Source: a virus. Taken from it: DNA of 52,405 nt. Within the stretch, counting starts at the first letter, position 1; each line of letters opens with the position of its first letter. The stretch spans positions 1-52,405 of IMG/VR virus record IMGVR_UViG_3300044712_002679. One strand, written 5' to 3'. The position numbers and the translations under genes are program-made. Below, in pieces: positions 1-8,918 of this stretch. Below the pieces are notes generated by a model. The model was not told the origin of the DNA and did not search any database. It saw only the letters and a list, made by a program, of their open reading frames with translations.

Positions 1-600
1 CGTGCCTGAACTACCTGAAGTTCCGTTCGTGCCTGAACTACCTGATGTTCCGTTCGTGCCTGAACTACCTGATGTTCCGTTCGTGCCTGAACTACCTGAT
101 GTTCCGTTCGTGCCTGAACTACCTGATGTTCCGTTCGTGCCTGAACTACCTGAACTACCTGATGTTCCGTTCGTGCCTGAACTACCTGAACTACCTGATG
201 TTCCGTTCGTGCCTGAACTACCTGATGTTCCATTCGTGCCTGAACTACCTGAAGTCCCGTTCGTGCCTGAACTACCTGAAGTCCCGTTCGTGCCTGAACT
301 ACCTGAAGTTCCATTCGTGCCTGAACTACCTGAAGTTCCATTCGTGCCTGAACTACCTGAACTACCTGATGTTCCATTTGTACCTGAACTACCTGAACTA
401 CCTGATGTTCCATTTGTACCTGAACTACCTGAACTACCGGATGTCCCGTTCGTGCCTGAACTACCATTTGTACCTGAACTTCCTGATGTACCTGAAGTCC
501 CAGATGTTCCATTCGTGCCTGAACTACCTGACGTACCATCTGTTCCTGACGTACCATCTGTTCCTGACGTACCATCTGTTCCTGATGATCCAGTAATTCC
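1..600 (-). repeat. 9/27-bp coding tandem repeat encoding Gly-X-Y triplets
   Basis: Unit cgtgcctgaactacctgatgttccgtt and variants. Confidence 0.95.
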
Positions 601-3285
601 AGATAAATCTGTTATTGAAATAATTGTACCACCAGATGTAACCAAAAAACCATCCAAATAATTATTTAATTTTAATTCGCCAATCTTATTAAATTCTAAT
701 AAAGTGTTAGCACTATTCGATATTTGTAATAAATTATCTGAATTAAAATTATCATTGCCTATTATTATTGATTTTTTTGTTATTAGATTACCAATAGCAT
801 CAATATAAAATTGTGGTTCATAATCATAAAAAGCAGAATAAATAGAAAATCTATATTTTCCATGTGGGGTTAACGTAATTGATATTGGTGATGATGTAAC
901 ATTAATTAATGAATAAAATCTAATCCAATATAATTCATTACCAAATTCTTCTTTTAATGTCCAATTATTTAATAAATTTTTATTCCATGATAAATTACCA
1001 CTTTTTCTCAAACTGTGACCACCAGAAATAGTATCATCTATCCAAGAATATCCACTATTTGAAAAATTTATCCATTCATTACCATCCCAATATTCTGCTT
1101 GTAAATTTATTCCATTTGCAACATTTTCAATCATATTACAAAAACACGTCGCAAATGAAACAGAATCACCAATATATAAATATGATAATTCATTTTCAAA
1201 TAACATAGGAAACGATTCAGCAAACCCGTTTTGTGAATTATATGTATAATTTCTAATTGTACTACCAGATAAAAATACCCCGATATAAGATCTCGGTGCA
1301 ATACTAAATGTTCCTATTGGTTGTTGTGGATATGCTAAATATCTCCATTTATCAAATGTATTATGTCCACTAATATTATCAAATCGTATAGTTAAACCCA
1401 ATTCAAGTTCATTTTCAACTAAATTACATTCTATAGGTTCAGAATACAAACTCCAACTTTCACCATAATCATTAGAATATCTCCACCTATATTCATCTAA
1501 AATATCTTCATGGGAAATTATAATTTCATAAAGTTTTGGTTGACCACCTGTATATAAACCACCAATAGTAATATCATTTAATGCACCATTTGGATAATCC
1601 AAATATTCTGCATAAGGACCACCAACATTGGATTGTTTATTTATAGCAAATCTAGCATTTTTAGATGCTACATAAATATCTCTACCTAATTCATAATTAT
1701 ATGTGTATTTATATTCACCATTTTCATCCCTATAAATATATTCACTCCATTTTCTTACACCTTCATCTGCCCAAAGATATCCCCTATCACCACCAGCAAT
1801 ACCATCTACCATAATATTATTTTGCATATCATCTTCTTCATCCGGTATTGTATCTAAACCATATAAATGTATCAAATCGTTTGGTTCTGATACATTTACA
1901 CCTAAATAACCTTTCAAATTATTATTAGCACCAATTTTCATATAATCACCAATAATAGTTCGACCTTCACCATCAACATAAAATGATGGTGAATAATCTA
2001 AATGAGCACCATATACTGCTAGTCTATAATTTCCATTTAATGATATAACATCAGCAATTGGTCTAATTGTTGGTTCTGTTGTAGTTGTAAATCGTATCCA
2101 ATATAAATTATATCCTTCTTCTATTTTATTTGGAATATAACCACTTACCCAATCGGTTAATTTATACCTATCCCAAATCATTATACCCGATTTAGATAAT
2201 CCATTAGTCAAATCTTCAAATTCTTCATTTGTAGTAATTTCAACCCAATCGCCAACAGAATTTAAATATTCTGCTTTAATTGTTAATCCCTCACCAGGGG
2301 TTGTCATTTTAAAATATGCATTATTATATTGTATTTCAAATCCAACATATATTGCTGATGTTAAACCTGTTAACATATTAACCAATGTACCAAATGTTGT
2401 TGATGCATTATATGTTTCATCTATATATGTAGGTAATTCTGATGTGTAATCTAATGTAGTTTGTACTTCCGTAAACATTGTTGGTGTAACAGTAAATGTA
2501 CCTTGTGGTAATTGTGGAAATGCGGTAAATTGCCAACCATCACTTTGATGTCCTGTTATATTTTCAAATCTAATTTTTACACCACAATCCAAATCAATTT
2601 CAACAGTTGAACATTCAATATCTATTGACCAATCACCCCAAGTTATACCATTATCTGATGATTTACACCATTGAAAATAATCTGTTATTCCTCTTGTTGT
2701 GATATTAATCCAATACATAGACTGAAATAATCTATCATAAACACCACTAACAATCATATCGTTTAATCCATTATTATCATTTATTAAATAATGGCTATGA
2801 TAATTCATAATATTTGATGATTTATTTATACCAACCCTACCACTTCTTGAATAAACCATTGGTTCACGATCAGTCTGAAAATTATAAACATATAAATATT
2901 CGCCATTTTCATCACGATACATTTGTTCTGCCCATTTTTTATCACCTAATGACGAATACACTAAATTTTTATCACCAGATTCTATACCATCAATTGATAT
3001 AGTATTATCATCATGAAATTCATTTTCAGTCCCACCCGATTGTTTACCATAAATATGAAATTTTGATTGTGCTTCATCAGTACCCAAACTTAGAAATGTT
3101 GTTCCTGTATTATAAACAAATTCAGATGAAGCACCCAAATTATTATCTTGATTATATTGAATATATCCTTGATTTCCAGATACAGTTATTCCAGAATTTG
3201 TTAATAAGTCAACCGATGATTTAAGATTATTTAATTTTCTTCTTATTGAGTCACCTTCATCATAATTTGAAATCCATTCAGACAT
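1..3285 (-). CDS. Large virion fibre-like protein with collagen-like Gly-X-Y (GTN/GTS/GSS) repeat, 3'-partial
   Basis: Missing from the ORF track because it runs off the left edge. ATG at 3283-3285 gives MSEWISNYDEGDSIRRKLNN..., and the same frame at 1-600 reads (GTNGTSGSS)n. TATATATA lies upstream. Frame checked at both ends, not every codon. Confidence 0.85.
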   Translation of the reverse strand, partial: MSEWISNYDEGDSIRRKLNNLKSSVDLLTNSGITVSGNQGYIQYNQDNNLGASSEFVYNTGTTFLSLGTDEAQSKFHIYGKQSGGTENEFHDDNTISIDGIESGDKNLVYSSLGDKKWAEQMYRDENGEYLYVYNFQTDREPMVYSRSGRVGINKSSNIMNYHSHYLINDNNGLNDMIVSGVYDRLFQSMYWINITTRGITDYFQWCKSSDNGITWGDWSIDIECSTVEIDLDCGVKIRFENITGHQSDGWQFTAFPQLPQGTFTVTPTMFTEVQTTLDYTSELPTYIDETYNASTTFGTLVNMLTGLTSAIYVGFEIQYNNAYFKMTTPGEGLTIKAEYLNSVGDWVEITTNEEFEDLTNGLSKSGIMIWDRYKLTDWVSGYIPNKIEEGYNLYWIRFTTTTEPTIRPIADVISLNGNYRLAVYGAHLDYSPSFYVDGEGRTIIGDYMKIGANNNLKGYLGVNVSEPNDLIHLYGLDTIPDEEDDMQNNIMVDGIAGGDRGYLWADEGVRKWSEYIYRDENGEYKYTYNYELGRDIYVASKNARFAINKQSNVGGPYAEYLDYPNGALNDITIGGLYTGGQPKLYEIIISHEDILDEYRWRYSNDYGESWSLYSEPIECNLVENELELGLTIRFDNISGHNTFDKWRYLAYPQQPIGTFSIAPRSYIGVFLSGSTIRNYTYNSQNGFAESFPMLFENELSYLYIGDSVSFATCFCNMIENVANGINLQAEYWDGNEWINFSNSGYSWIDDTISGGHSLRKSGNLSWNKNLLNNWTLKEEFGNELYWIRFYSLINVTSSPISITLTPHGKYRFSIYSAFYDYEPQFYIDAIGNLITKKSIIIGNDNFNSDNLLQISNSANTLLEFNKIGELKLNNYLDGFLVTSGGTIISITDLSGITGSSGTDGTSGTDGTSGTDGTSGSSGTNGTSGTSGTSGSSGTNGSSGTNGTSGSSGSSGTNGTSGSSGSSGTNGTSGSSGSSGTNGTSGSSGTNGTSGSSGTNGTSGSSGTNGTSGSSGTNGTSGSSGTNGTSGSSGSSGTNGTSGSSGSSGTNGTSGSSGTNGTSGSSGTNGTSGSSGTNGTSGSSGTNGTSGSSGT

Positions 3286-3326
3286 AAATATTATTAAATT
3301 TTTATTATATATAAAAATTTAAAATA

Positions 3327-4952
3327 TTAAATTGGATGATCTAACCACAATTTGAAATCAATCCAAACTTTATTATCTTGCCAGAATCCTTGTGAATAAC
3401 AGCTTTGATAAATATCTGATATAACATTCATTATAAAATATTCGACTGTTTTATGACCACTACTGTTGGTTATAGACATTTTGACACAATATCCACCATC
3501 TTGGTCAACTGTTTCATATGTTTCTGTTCCAACAATTAATATATCTAGCATATATTTATTTAAACTTAAATCAACATAATCATATACATAATTTACTATA
3601 TTATCAATAATATCCAATCGTGTTATTAAAAGACCATCAAATCCACTAATATTAAAAGTAAATCCACTAGTTATTTCAATTCCACCAGTAATACCTGAAG
3701 TTATACCTGAAAATCTATCAGTATTCCAAGATAGATTTGAATCTATAACATATGGTTTGTAAATTATAATTGGATATGAATCATTTACAGTTATATTTGA
3801 AATATAATTTGTTATGGTATTACCAATTGTATTTGTTACAGAAATAAATATATCATAAATACCATTTTCAGATATTGATTCTAATGGTAAATCTGACCCA
3901 TGCTTATATAAATTAAATGTGATAGATGAAAGTGGAATTTCACCATCATAACAATCAGTTATTCCACTAATAAATAATATTTTTAAACTATCTAAAGTCC
4001 AACCTATTATAACAGGCACAGGCAAGGTCGTTGTTGTTGTAGTAACAGGTATGGTCGTTGTCGTAGTTGTAGTAACAGGTATGGTCGTTGTCGTAGTTGT
4101 AGTAACAGGTACGGTTGTTGTCGTAGTTGTAGTAACAGGTACGGTCGTTGTCGTAGTTGTAGTAACAGGTACGGTCGTTGTCGTAGTTGTAGTAACAGGT
4201 ACGGTTGTCGTAGTTGTAGTAACAGGTACGGTTGTCGTAGTTGTAGTAGTTGTTGACCAATCTGAATATGTTAATCCACTACCAGAATTATAAAGCTGAG
4301 TTAATTCATCTGTTGTTAAATTTCTATTATATAATAATGTTTGATCTATATTACCTTTAAAGGAAGTATAATTATATGTTCCCCAACCAACCCCTAACCA
4401 TATATTTTGGTTACTAGCATAAACAGTATGAGCACCGATATTCAGATTCGCTATTTCTATATTATTTAAAAAAATTCTAATATAAGTACCATCATACATA
4501 CCAACAAGCCAACACCAACCACCAACTAAAGTTGAATTATAATTAGTAGCACTCACACAATAATGACCTTGTGCTGAAGTTCCATCCGAAGATAATCCAC
4601 AAGCGGGATAACCATTATTATCTATACCTAGCCACCAAGAACGTTTATTTACACCATCACCATTATATTTACATAATATGTATGGATCCCATGTAGAAGT
4701 AACACTTTGATATTTAATCCACGAACAAATTGTAAATGTACTTGTAATTACACTATTAGGATCATTTATTACAAAATATTCTACACTAGAATTTACAAAA
4801 ATCCAACTTTTATTTAATTTACCTACTTGATTTGGTGTTGGTGTGTTTACACCTGTTCCACTTAAAGATGAACCTAAAACGTTATATATTGTATTCCCAC
4901 TTGGTTCATTCATTTCCCATCCTGCAACCAATCCATCTAATATATTAGCCAT
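3327..4952 (-). CDS. LamG/concanavalin-A-like domain protein with Thr-rich linker, probably structural
   Basis: FTICSWIK, YDGTYIRIFLN, FKGNIDQTLLYNRNLTTDELTQLY, then (VPVTTTTTTT)n. Confidence 0.8.
   Translation of the reverse strand: MANILDGLVAGWEMNEPSGNTIYNVLGSSLSGTGVNTPTPNQVGKLNKSWIFVNSSVEYFVINDPNSVITSTFTICSWIKYQSVTSTWDPYILCKYNGDGVNKRSWWLGIDNNGYPACGLSSDGTSAQGHYCVSATNYNSTLVGGWCWLVGMYDGTYIRIFLNNIEIANLNIGAHTVYASNQNIWLGVGWGTYNYTSFKGNIDQTLLYNRNLTTDELTQLYNSGSGLTYSDWSTTTTTTTTVPVTTTTTTVPVTTTTTTTVPVTTTTTTTVPVTTTTTTTVPVTTTTTTTIPVTTTTTTTIPVTTTTTTLPVPVIIGWTLDSLKILFISGITDCYDGEIPLSSITFNLYKHGSDLPLESISENGIYDIFISVTNTIGNTITNYISNITVNDSYPIIIYKPYVIDSNLSWNTDRFSGITSGITGGIEITSGFTFNISGFDGLLITRLDIIDNIVNYVYDYVDLSLNKYMLDILIVGTETYETVDQDGGYCVKMSITNSSGHKTVEYFIMNVISDIYQSCYSQGFWQDNKVWIDFKLWLDHPI
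4025..4255 (-). repeat. ~30-bp tandem repeat encoding VPVTTTTTTT
   Basis: gtaacaggtacggtcgttgtcgtagttgta units. Confidence 0.95.
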
Positions 4953-4997
4953 TAATTGTTTTTATTTTTGTTTACCATTTTAGTAGTATATATATTT

Positions 4998-6953
4998 TCA
5001 CAAAATAAATAATGGTTGTATCCAACATTTTTTACCATCATTATATGTAACAACCGCCCTTACATATTTTTCTGTTCCCAATAATGTATAGATGGCTGTT
5101 TCACCTATAATTGGTGTTCCATCACTTTGATCCGTAATAAAGACGGTGGATGCAGATAAACTTCCAGTACTTATTATATAATCCCCGTTATTATATGTCA
5201 CATCATTTATAATTGTACCAGTGGTTGCTACAAATTCACCAGCAATTAATGAATTTAAAATAGCCGTTGATGTACCAGTTGTTGTCCATACTTGGACATA
5301 AGCCTTCCCTATATCTGACATAATATGTGTATCATCAACAGCTACAGCAAAAACATGTAATCCATTATTTAAAAGTATATTTAATCCTCTATCTGAACTA
5401 CTAGTACCACCATTATAAACTTCTATAAAGGTTAATCCACTAACCACTGTTGATATTTTTTGTGTACTTTGATACTGTAAAGCCCAATCTGGATGAGCAT
5501 ACGATAATACACTATCAGTTTCATCAAAAAAATTTATTACATTTAATAGTGGTTGTGTGGCGGTCATTATACTTGTATTATATACCATTATATGTTGATA
5601 TGAAGCACCCCATTTCGTATCTTCATATGAATTACATAACCAAATAAGATTATGATTACCTGGGTTTTGGGTGATTACTTGGTGATCAGTTATTGTAATG
5701 AAATCAAATCCCGCAGTTTCATATGCTGACATAAGTTGATTGGGGGTTAATGATCCATCGGAATTTGTTGTATGACAATGTAATTGACCATTTAATTTAA
5801 CATCACCAACATTTTTATATGGGTTATATAAATATAATAAATCGTTCCCAATATTTAATGTTTCATTATATATATAAGTTGGATTATTAACAGGTGTTGT
5901 TGTCGTTGTCGTCGTAACAGGTGTTGTTGTCGTTGTCGTCGTAACAGGTGTTGTTGTCGTTGTCGTCGTAACAGGTGTTGTTGTCGTTGTCGTTGTAGTT
6001 ATTATATCGAATCCATTATGAACAAATGGCAAAAATACATTATATGGTATCACATCACCACCACCAAACCAAGATGTTCCACTAATAGGATAATTATATG
6101 TTATTGTCGGTATTCTAATTTTTGTGGTGGTCGTGGTTGTAGTTGTATGTTGTATTGTGGTGGTCGTGGTTGTGGTATTACCTGATATAACATTCATTAT
6201 TAAATAATTTTCTACATTATTATGTGAAAATTTTACACAATATTCACCTAGATTTTCAACATATGTATAATTTTGAACAACATCAACAATTAAAGTATCC
6301 AATACATATTTATCTAAATTGTCAATATAATTAATTGTGTTATCTATAATATCTAATCTATTAATTATATTTTCATCAAAATCTAAAATATTAAATGTTA
6401 TTCCACTTGGAATAAAAATATTTGATGTTATTCCTGTTGACCCCGAAAATGTTGTTGTGTTGCCTGTCAATTCATTTGTCACATCACTAGTATAAAAAAT
6501 TGTATATGGTTCAATAATTGTGGTTGTTGTGGTAGTGGTCGTTGAACAACTATGTATTGTGGTTGTTGTGGTTGTTGTGGGTGCTATGGTGGTAGTGGTT
6601 GTTGTAGTCGATACTTCACCTACTATTATTATCAAATAATCTTCTATTTCATTATTATATGATAATTTAATGCAATAATCTAACGGAATATTTATTGTGG
6701 AAAACACTAAAGTTTCACCTGAAATATTTCCGACAATTAAAATATCTAACATATATTTATTTATAGAATAACCATCAATGTAATTAACGATATTATCAAT
6801 TAAATCTATTCTCGTAATATTACCATAAAAATCATTAATATTAAATGTCACACCACTAGATATAAATATACCTGATGTTATTCCTGTCACACCAGAATAA
6901 TCAGTAGTATTACCAGTTAAATTAGTAAGTATTGGTTTATATACGATATTCAT
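4998..6953 (-). CDS. Thr-rich modular protein with C-terminal PHP-family metallo-phosphoesterase domain
   Basis: HCHTTNSDG, DFITITDH, AHP, IEVYN and DDTH PHP motifs. Two N-terminal copies of a domain shared with 3327..4952. Confidence 0.8.
   Translation of the reverse strand: MNIVYKPILTNLTGNTTDYSGVTGITSGIFISSGVTFNINDFYGNITRIDLIDNIVNYIDGYSINKYMLDILIVGNISGETLVFSTINIPLDYCIKLSYNNEIEDYLIIIVGEVSTTTTTTTIAPTTTTTTTIHSCSTTTTTTTTIIEPYTIFYTSDVTNELTGNTTTFSGSTGITSNIFIPSGITFNILDFDENIINRLDIIDNTINYIDNLDKYVLDTLIVDVVQNYTYVENLGEYCVKFSHNNVENYLIMNVISGNTTTTTTTIQHTTTTTTTTKIRIPTITYNYPISGTSWFGGGDVIPYNVFLPFVHNGFDIITTTTTTTTPVTTTTTTTPVTTTTTTTPVTTTTTTTPVNNPTYIYNETLNIGNDLLYLYNPYKNVGDVKLNGQLHCHTTNSDGSLTPNQLMSAYETAGFDFITITDHQVITQNPGNHNLIWLCNSYEDTKWGASYQHIMVYNTSIMTATQPLLNVINFFDETDSVLSYAHPDWALQYQSTQKISTVVSGLTFIEVYNGGTSSSDRGLNILLNNGLHVFAVAVDDTHIMSDIGKAYVQVWTTTGTSTAILNSLIAGEFVATTGTIINDVTYNNGDYIISTGSLSASTVFITDQSDGTPIIGETAIYTLLGTEKYVRAVVTYNDGKKCWIQPLFIL
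5889..6000 (-). repeat. 27-bp tandem repeat encoding PVTTTTTTT
   Basis: aacaggtgttgttgtcgttgtcgtcgt about 4 times. Confidence 0.95.
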
Positions 6954-6966
6954 ATAGTATATTTTT

Positions 6967-7854
6967 TTATAAACAATCTACAACTGAACCATTAGAAAAT
7001 GCTAAATAATCAGTTAAATATCTACACGTGTTTGATTGACTAGCAAATATAATTCTAGAATAAGCTGAATTACAATCAGAATCTGTTAAAAATTTTAAAG
7101 TATAAAAGATTGTTGTAGTACTTAAATAAATATTATATGTATCTTTTTGAATATTTAAAATTGTGTTGTATGGTACATGATATTGTATTATTGTATATCC
7201 TGTTAATACTATTTTATATTCACTTATTATAAATTCGGTTGAACCTGTTGTCGATCCTGTTATCCCACTATTTGTACATACTACTTGATTTGTAATAACA
7301 TCACTATAATATAAATTTGATATTGTAACCGCACTACTTTGTGGGATTGGAATTGGTGCTAAAATATTAGCATGAAATACATCTAAAACGACATCATAAC
7401 CCAATGGATTATTAAAATATATTTTTTCTAATTTGTGTGTAAATGACCCATTTAAAATCAATAATCTACCTATTGGATATGTTATACCCGAATTGCCATC
7501 ATAATAAAAATTAATATTATATGTACTTGGTTCATAATAATAAAGTGGATCGAAAGAATCTTCACCCAAATTAATATCTTTATCATAATTACCATTGTAT
7601 GTAACTTTAACTAATAAAAATGTAGTTTCATCTAATAATCCATAATTTAATTCAAAATCTGTTGCATCAGCAGGTAAAACTATTCTAGATGTATAATGCG
7701 AATCGTATGGTATAGCTAAATCACTTAGATCAACAAATGATGATGTATTTGGACCATCCGATGTTCTAAAATCACTATTCCAATTTTTTATTTCTCTTTT
7801 AGTTGGATTTAGGAGATTATTTGTTGTTATTCTATTTTTATTATAATTTGGCAT
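6967..7854 (-). CDS. Hypothetical probable structural protein, paralog of 8082..8846
   Basis: LLNPTKREIKNWN...LAIPYDSHYTSRIVL...NPLGYDV matches the neighbouring gene. Confidence 0.75.
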   Translation of the reverse strand: MPNYNKNRITTNNLLNPTKREIKNWNSDFRTSDGPNTSSFVDLSDLAIPYDSHYTSRIVLPADATDFELNYGLLDETTFLLVKVTYNGNYDKDINLGEDSFDPLYYYEPSTYNINFYYDGNSGITYPIGRLLILNGSFTHKLEKIYFNNPLGYDVVLDVFHANILAPIPIPQSSAVTISNLYYSDVITNQVVCTNSGITGSTTGSTEFIISEYKIVLTGYTIIQYHVPYNTILNIQKDTYNIYLSTTTIFYTLKFLTDSDCNSAYSRIIFASQSNTCRYLTDYLAFSNGSVVDCL

Positions 7855-7855
7855 A

Positions 7856-8065
7856 TTATTCCCATTTTCCGGATTTTTTCAATTCTTCTTGACCTTTTAA
7901 TGGTAAACAATATTTGTTGTGATACCATTTATTTCGATATTTAATAAAACCAAAATCTTCAGGGTTTTCATTGACACTAAATTCATCAGCAATATTGCAA
8001 TTTTTACCACAACATTTAATTGTTTCGGATTCAGCATTTTCTTCAAAAGTTTTAATGTATTTCAT
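7856..8065 (-). CDS. Small protein with capsid-targeting-like N-terminus (MKYIKTFEE)
   Basis: Fits tightly between two genes and carries the shared N-terminal motif. Confidence 0.7.
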   Translation of the reverse strand: MKYIKTFEENAESETIKCCGKNCNIADEFSVNENPEDFGFIKYRNKWYHNKYCLPLKGQEELKKSGKWE

Positions 8066-8081
8066 AATCTATTAATTATTT

Positions 8082-8846
8082 TTATATTATATCCCAATTA
8101 TCACTACTTGCGTCAACTAATCTTAATACTTCAAATTGTGCTAATTCAATTGGAACTAAACTATATTCTATTGTTTGATCTGTTTGTGCTTCTACGGTAA
8201 TAACACCATCATCAATATTTTTAATTATAAAAAGATTACCCGACCCTGTTGCAGTTGGTAAATATATTGTATATGTTGATCCAGATGTTCCACCCGAACA
8301 TCTTACATATTCATCTGATGTAAGACCGGTATATGAATTTGTAATGTTTGTTATATTAAAATGTGGTTGATAACCATTTGTTAACGTATCATCATATTCT
8401 GAATCAGTTGTGGCATGTAAAATATCCAATGTTACATCATAACCCAACGGATTAGTTAAATAAATTTGTGGGATTTTATCATCAACTGAACCTGTCATTA
8501 TCATCAATCTATTTAATGGTCTTTCTACTGGATCATTTTCAAATGTATATGTAATATTATATTTTTCTTGTTCATATTGATAATATGGATCATTTAGGCT
8601 ATCATACGTAACTTTTATCATTAAAAAGGTAACAGCCTTTCCAATAAATCCATAAAGTAATTTATTGGTTTCACCTGCCTTTAAAATTATACGTGATCTA
8701 TATTGTGATTCATATGGAATAGCTAAATCTTCTAAACTTAATTTGTCTATAATATTTGGACCTTCAACTGCAATAAAAGCACAATTCCAATTCTTTATTG
8801 TTTTTTCAGTTGGGTTAAGTAAATCGCTAGGTTTTATTACGGTCAT
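8082..8846 (-). CDS. Hypothetical probable structural protein (start revised to MTVIKPSD)
   Basis: Paralog of 6967..7854. TATATATA at 8864-8871 supports the ATG at 8846. Confidence 0.75.
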   Translation of the reverse strand: MTVIKPSDLLNPTEKTIKNWNCAFIAVEGPNIIDKLSLEDLAIPYESQYRSRIILKAGETNKLLYGFIGKAVTFLMIKVTYDSLNDPYYQYEQEKYNITYTFENDPVERPLNRLMIMTGSVDDKIPQIYLTNPLGYDVTLDILHATTDSEYDDTLTNGYQPHFNITNITNSYTGLTSDEYVRCSGGTSGSTYTIYLPTATGSGNLFIIKNIDDGVITVEAQTDQTIEYSLVPIELAQFEVLRLVDASSDNWDII

Positions 8847-8863
8847 TTTAAAACTTTTTTCTT

Positions 8864-8899
8864 TATATATAAAAAAACACAGTCGATTTTTTATATATA
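8864..8899. promoter_or_regulatory. Back-to-back TATATATA elements, putative divergent late promoters
   Basis: TATATATA at 8864-8871 and 8892-8899 between divergent structural genes. Confidence 0.6.
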
Positions 8900-8918
8900 A
8901 GAAAAAATAATATTTATT

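Noticed and set aside
1-600. Possible CRISPR array
   Set aside because: Contiguous codon-phased tandem repeats with no unique spacers. The same holds for 4025-4255, 5889-6000 and 24960-25070.
2-661. Plus-strand PELPDVPFV and MFRSCLNYL repeat ORFs
   Set aside because: Shadows of the minus-strand Gly-X-Y repeat in the long ORF starting at 3285.
3988-4293. CYYNYDND and poly-Val ORFs
   Set aside because: Alternative-frame and antisense readings of the Thr repeat.
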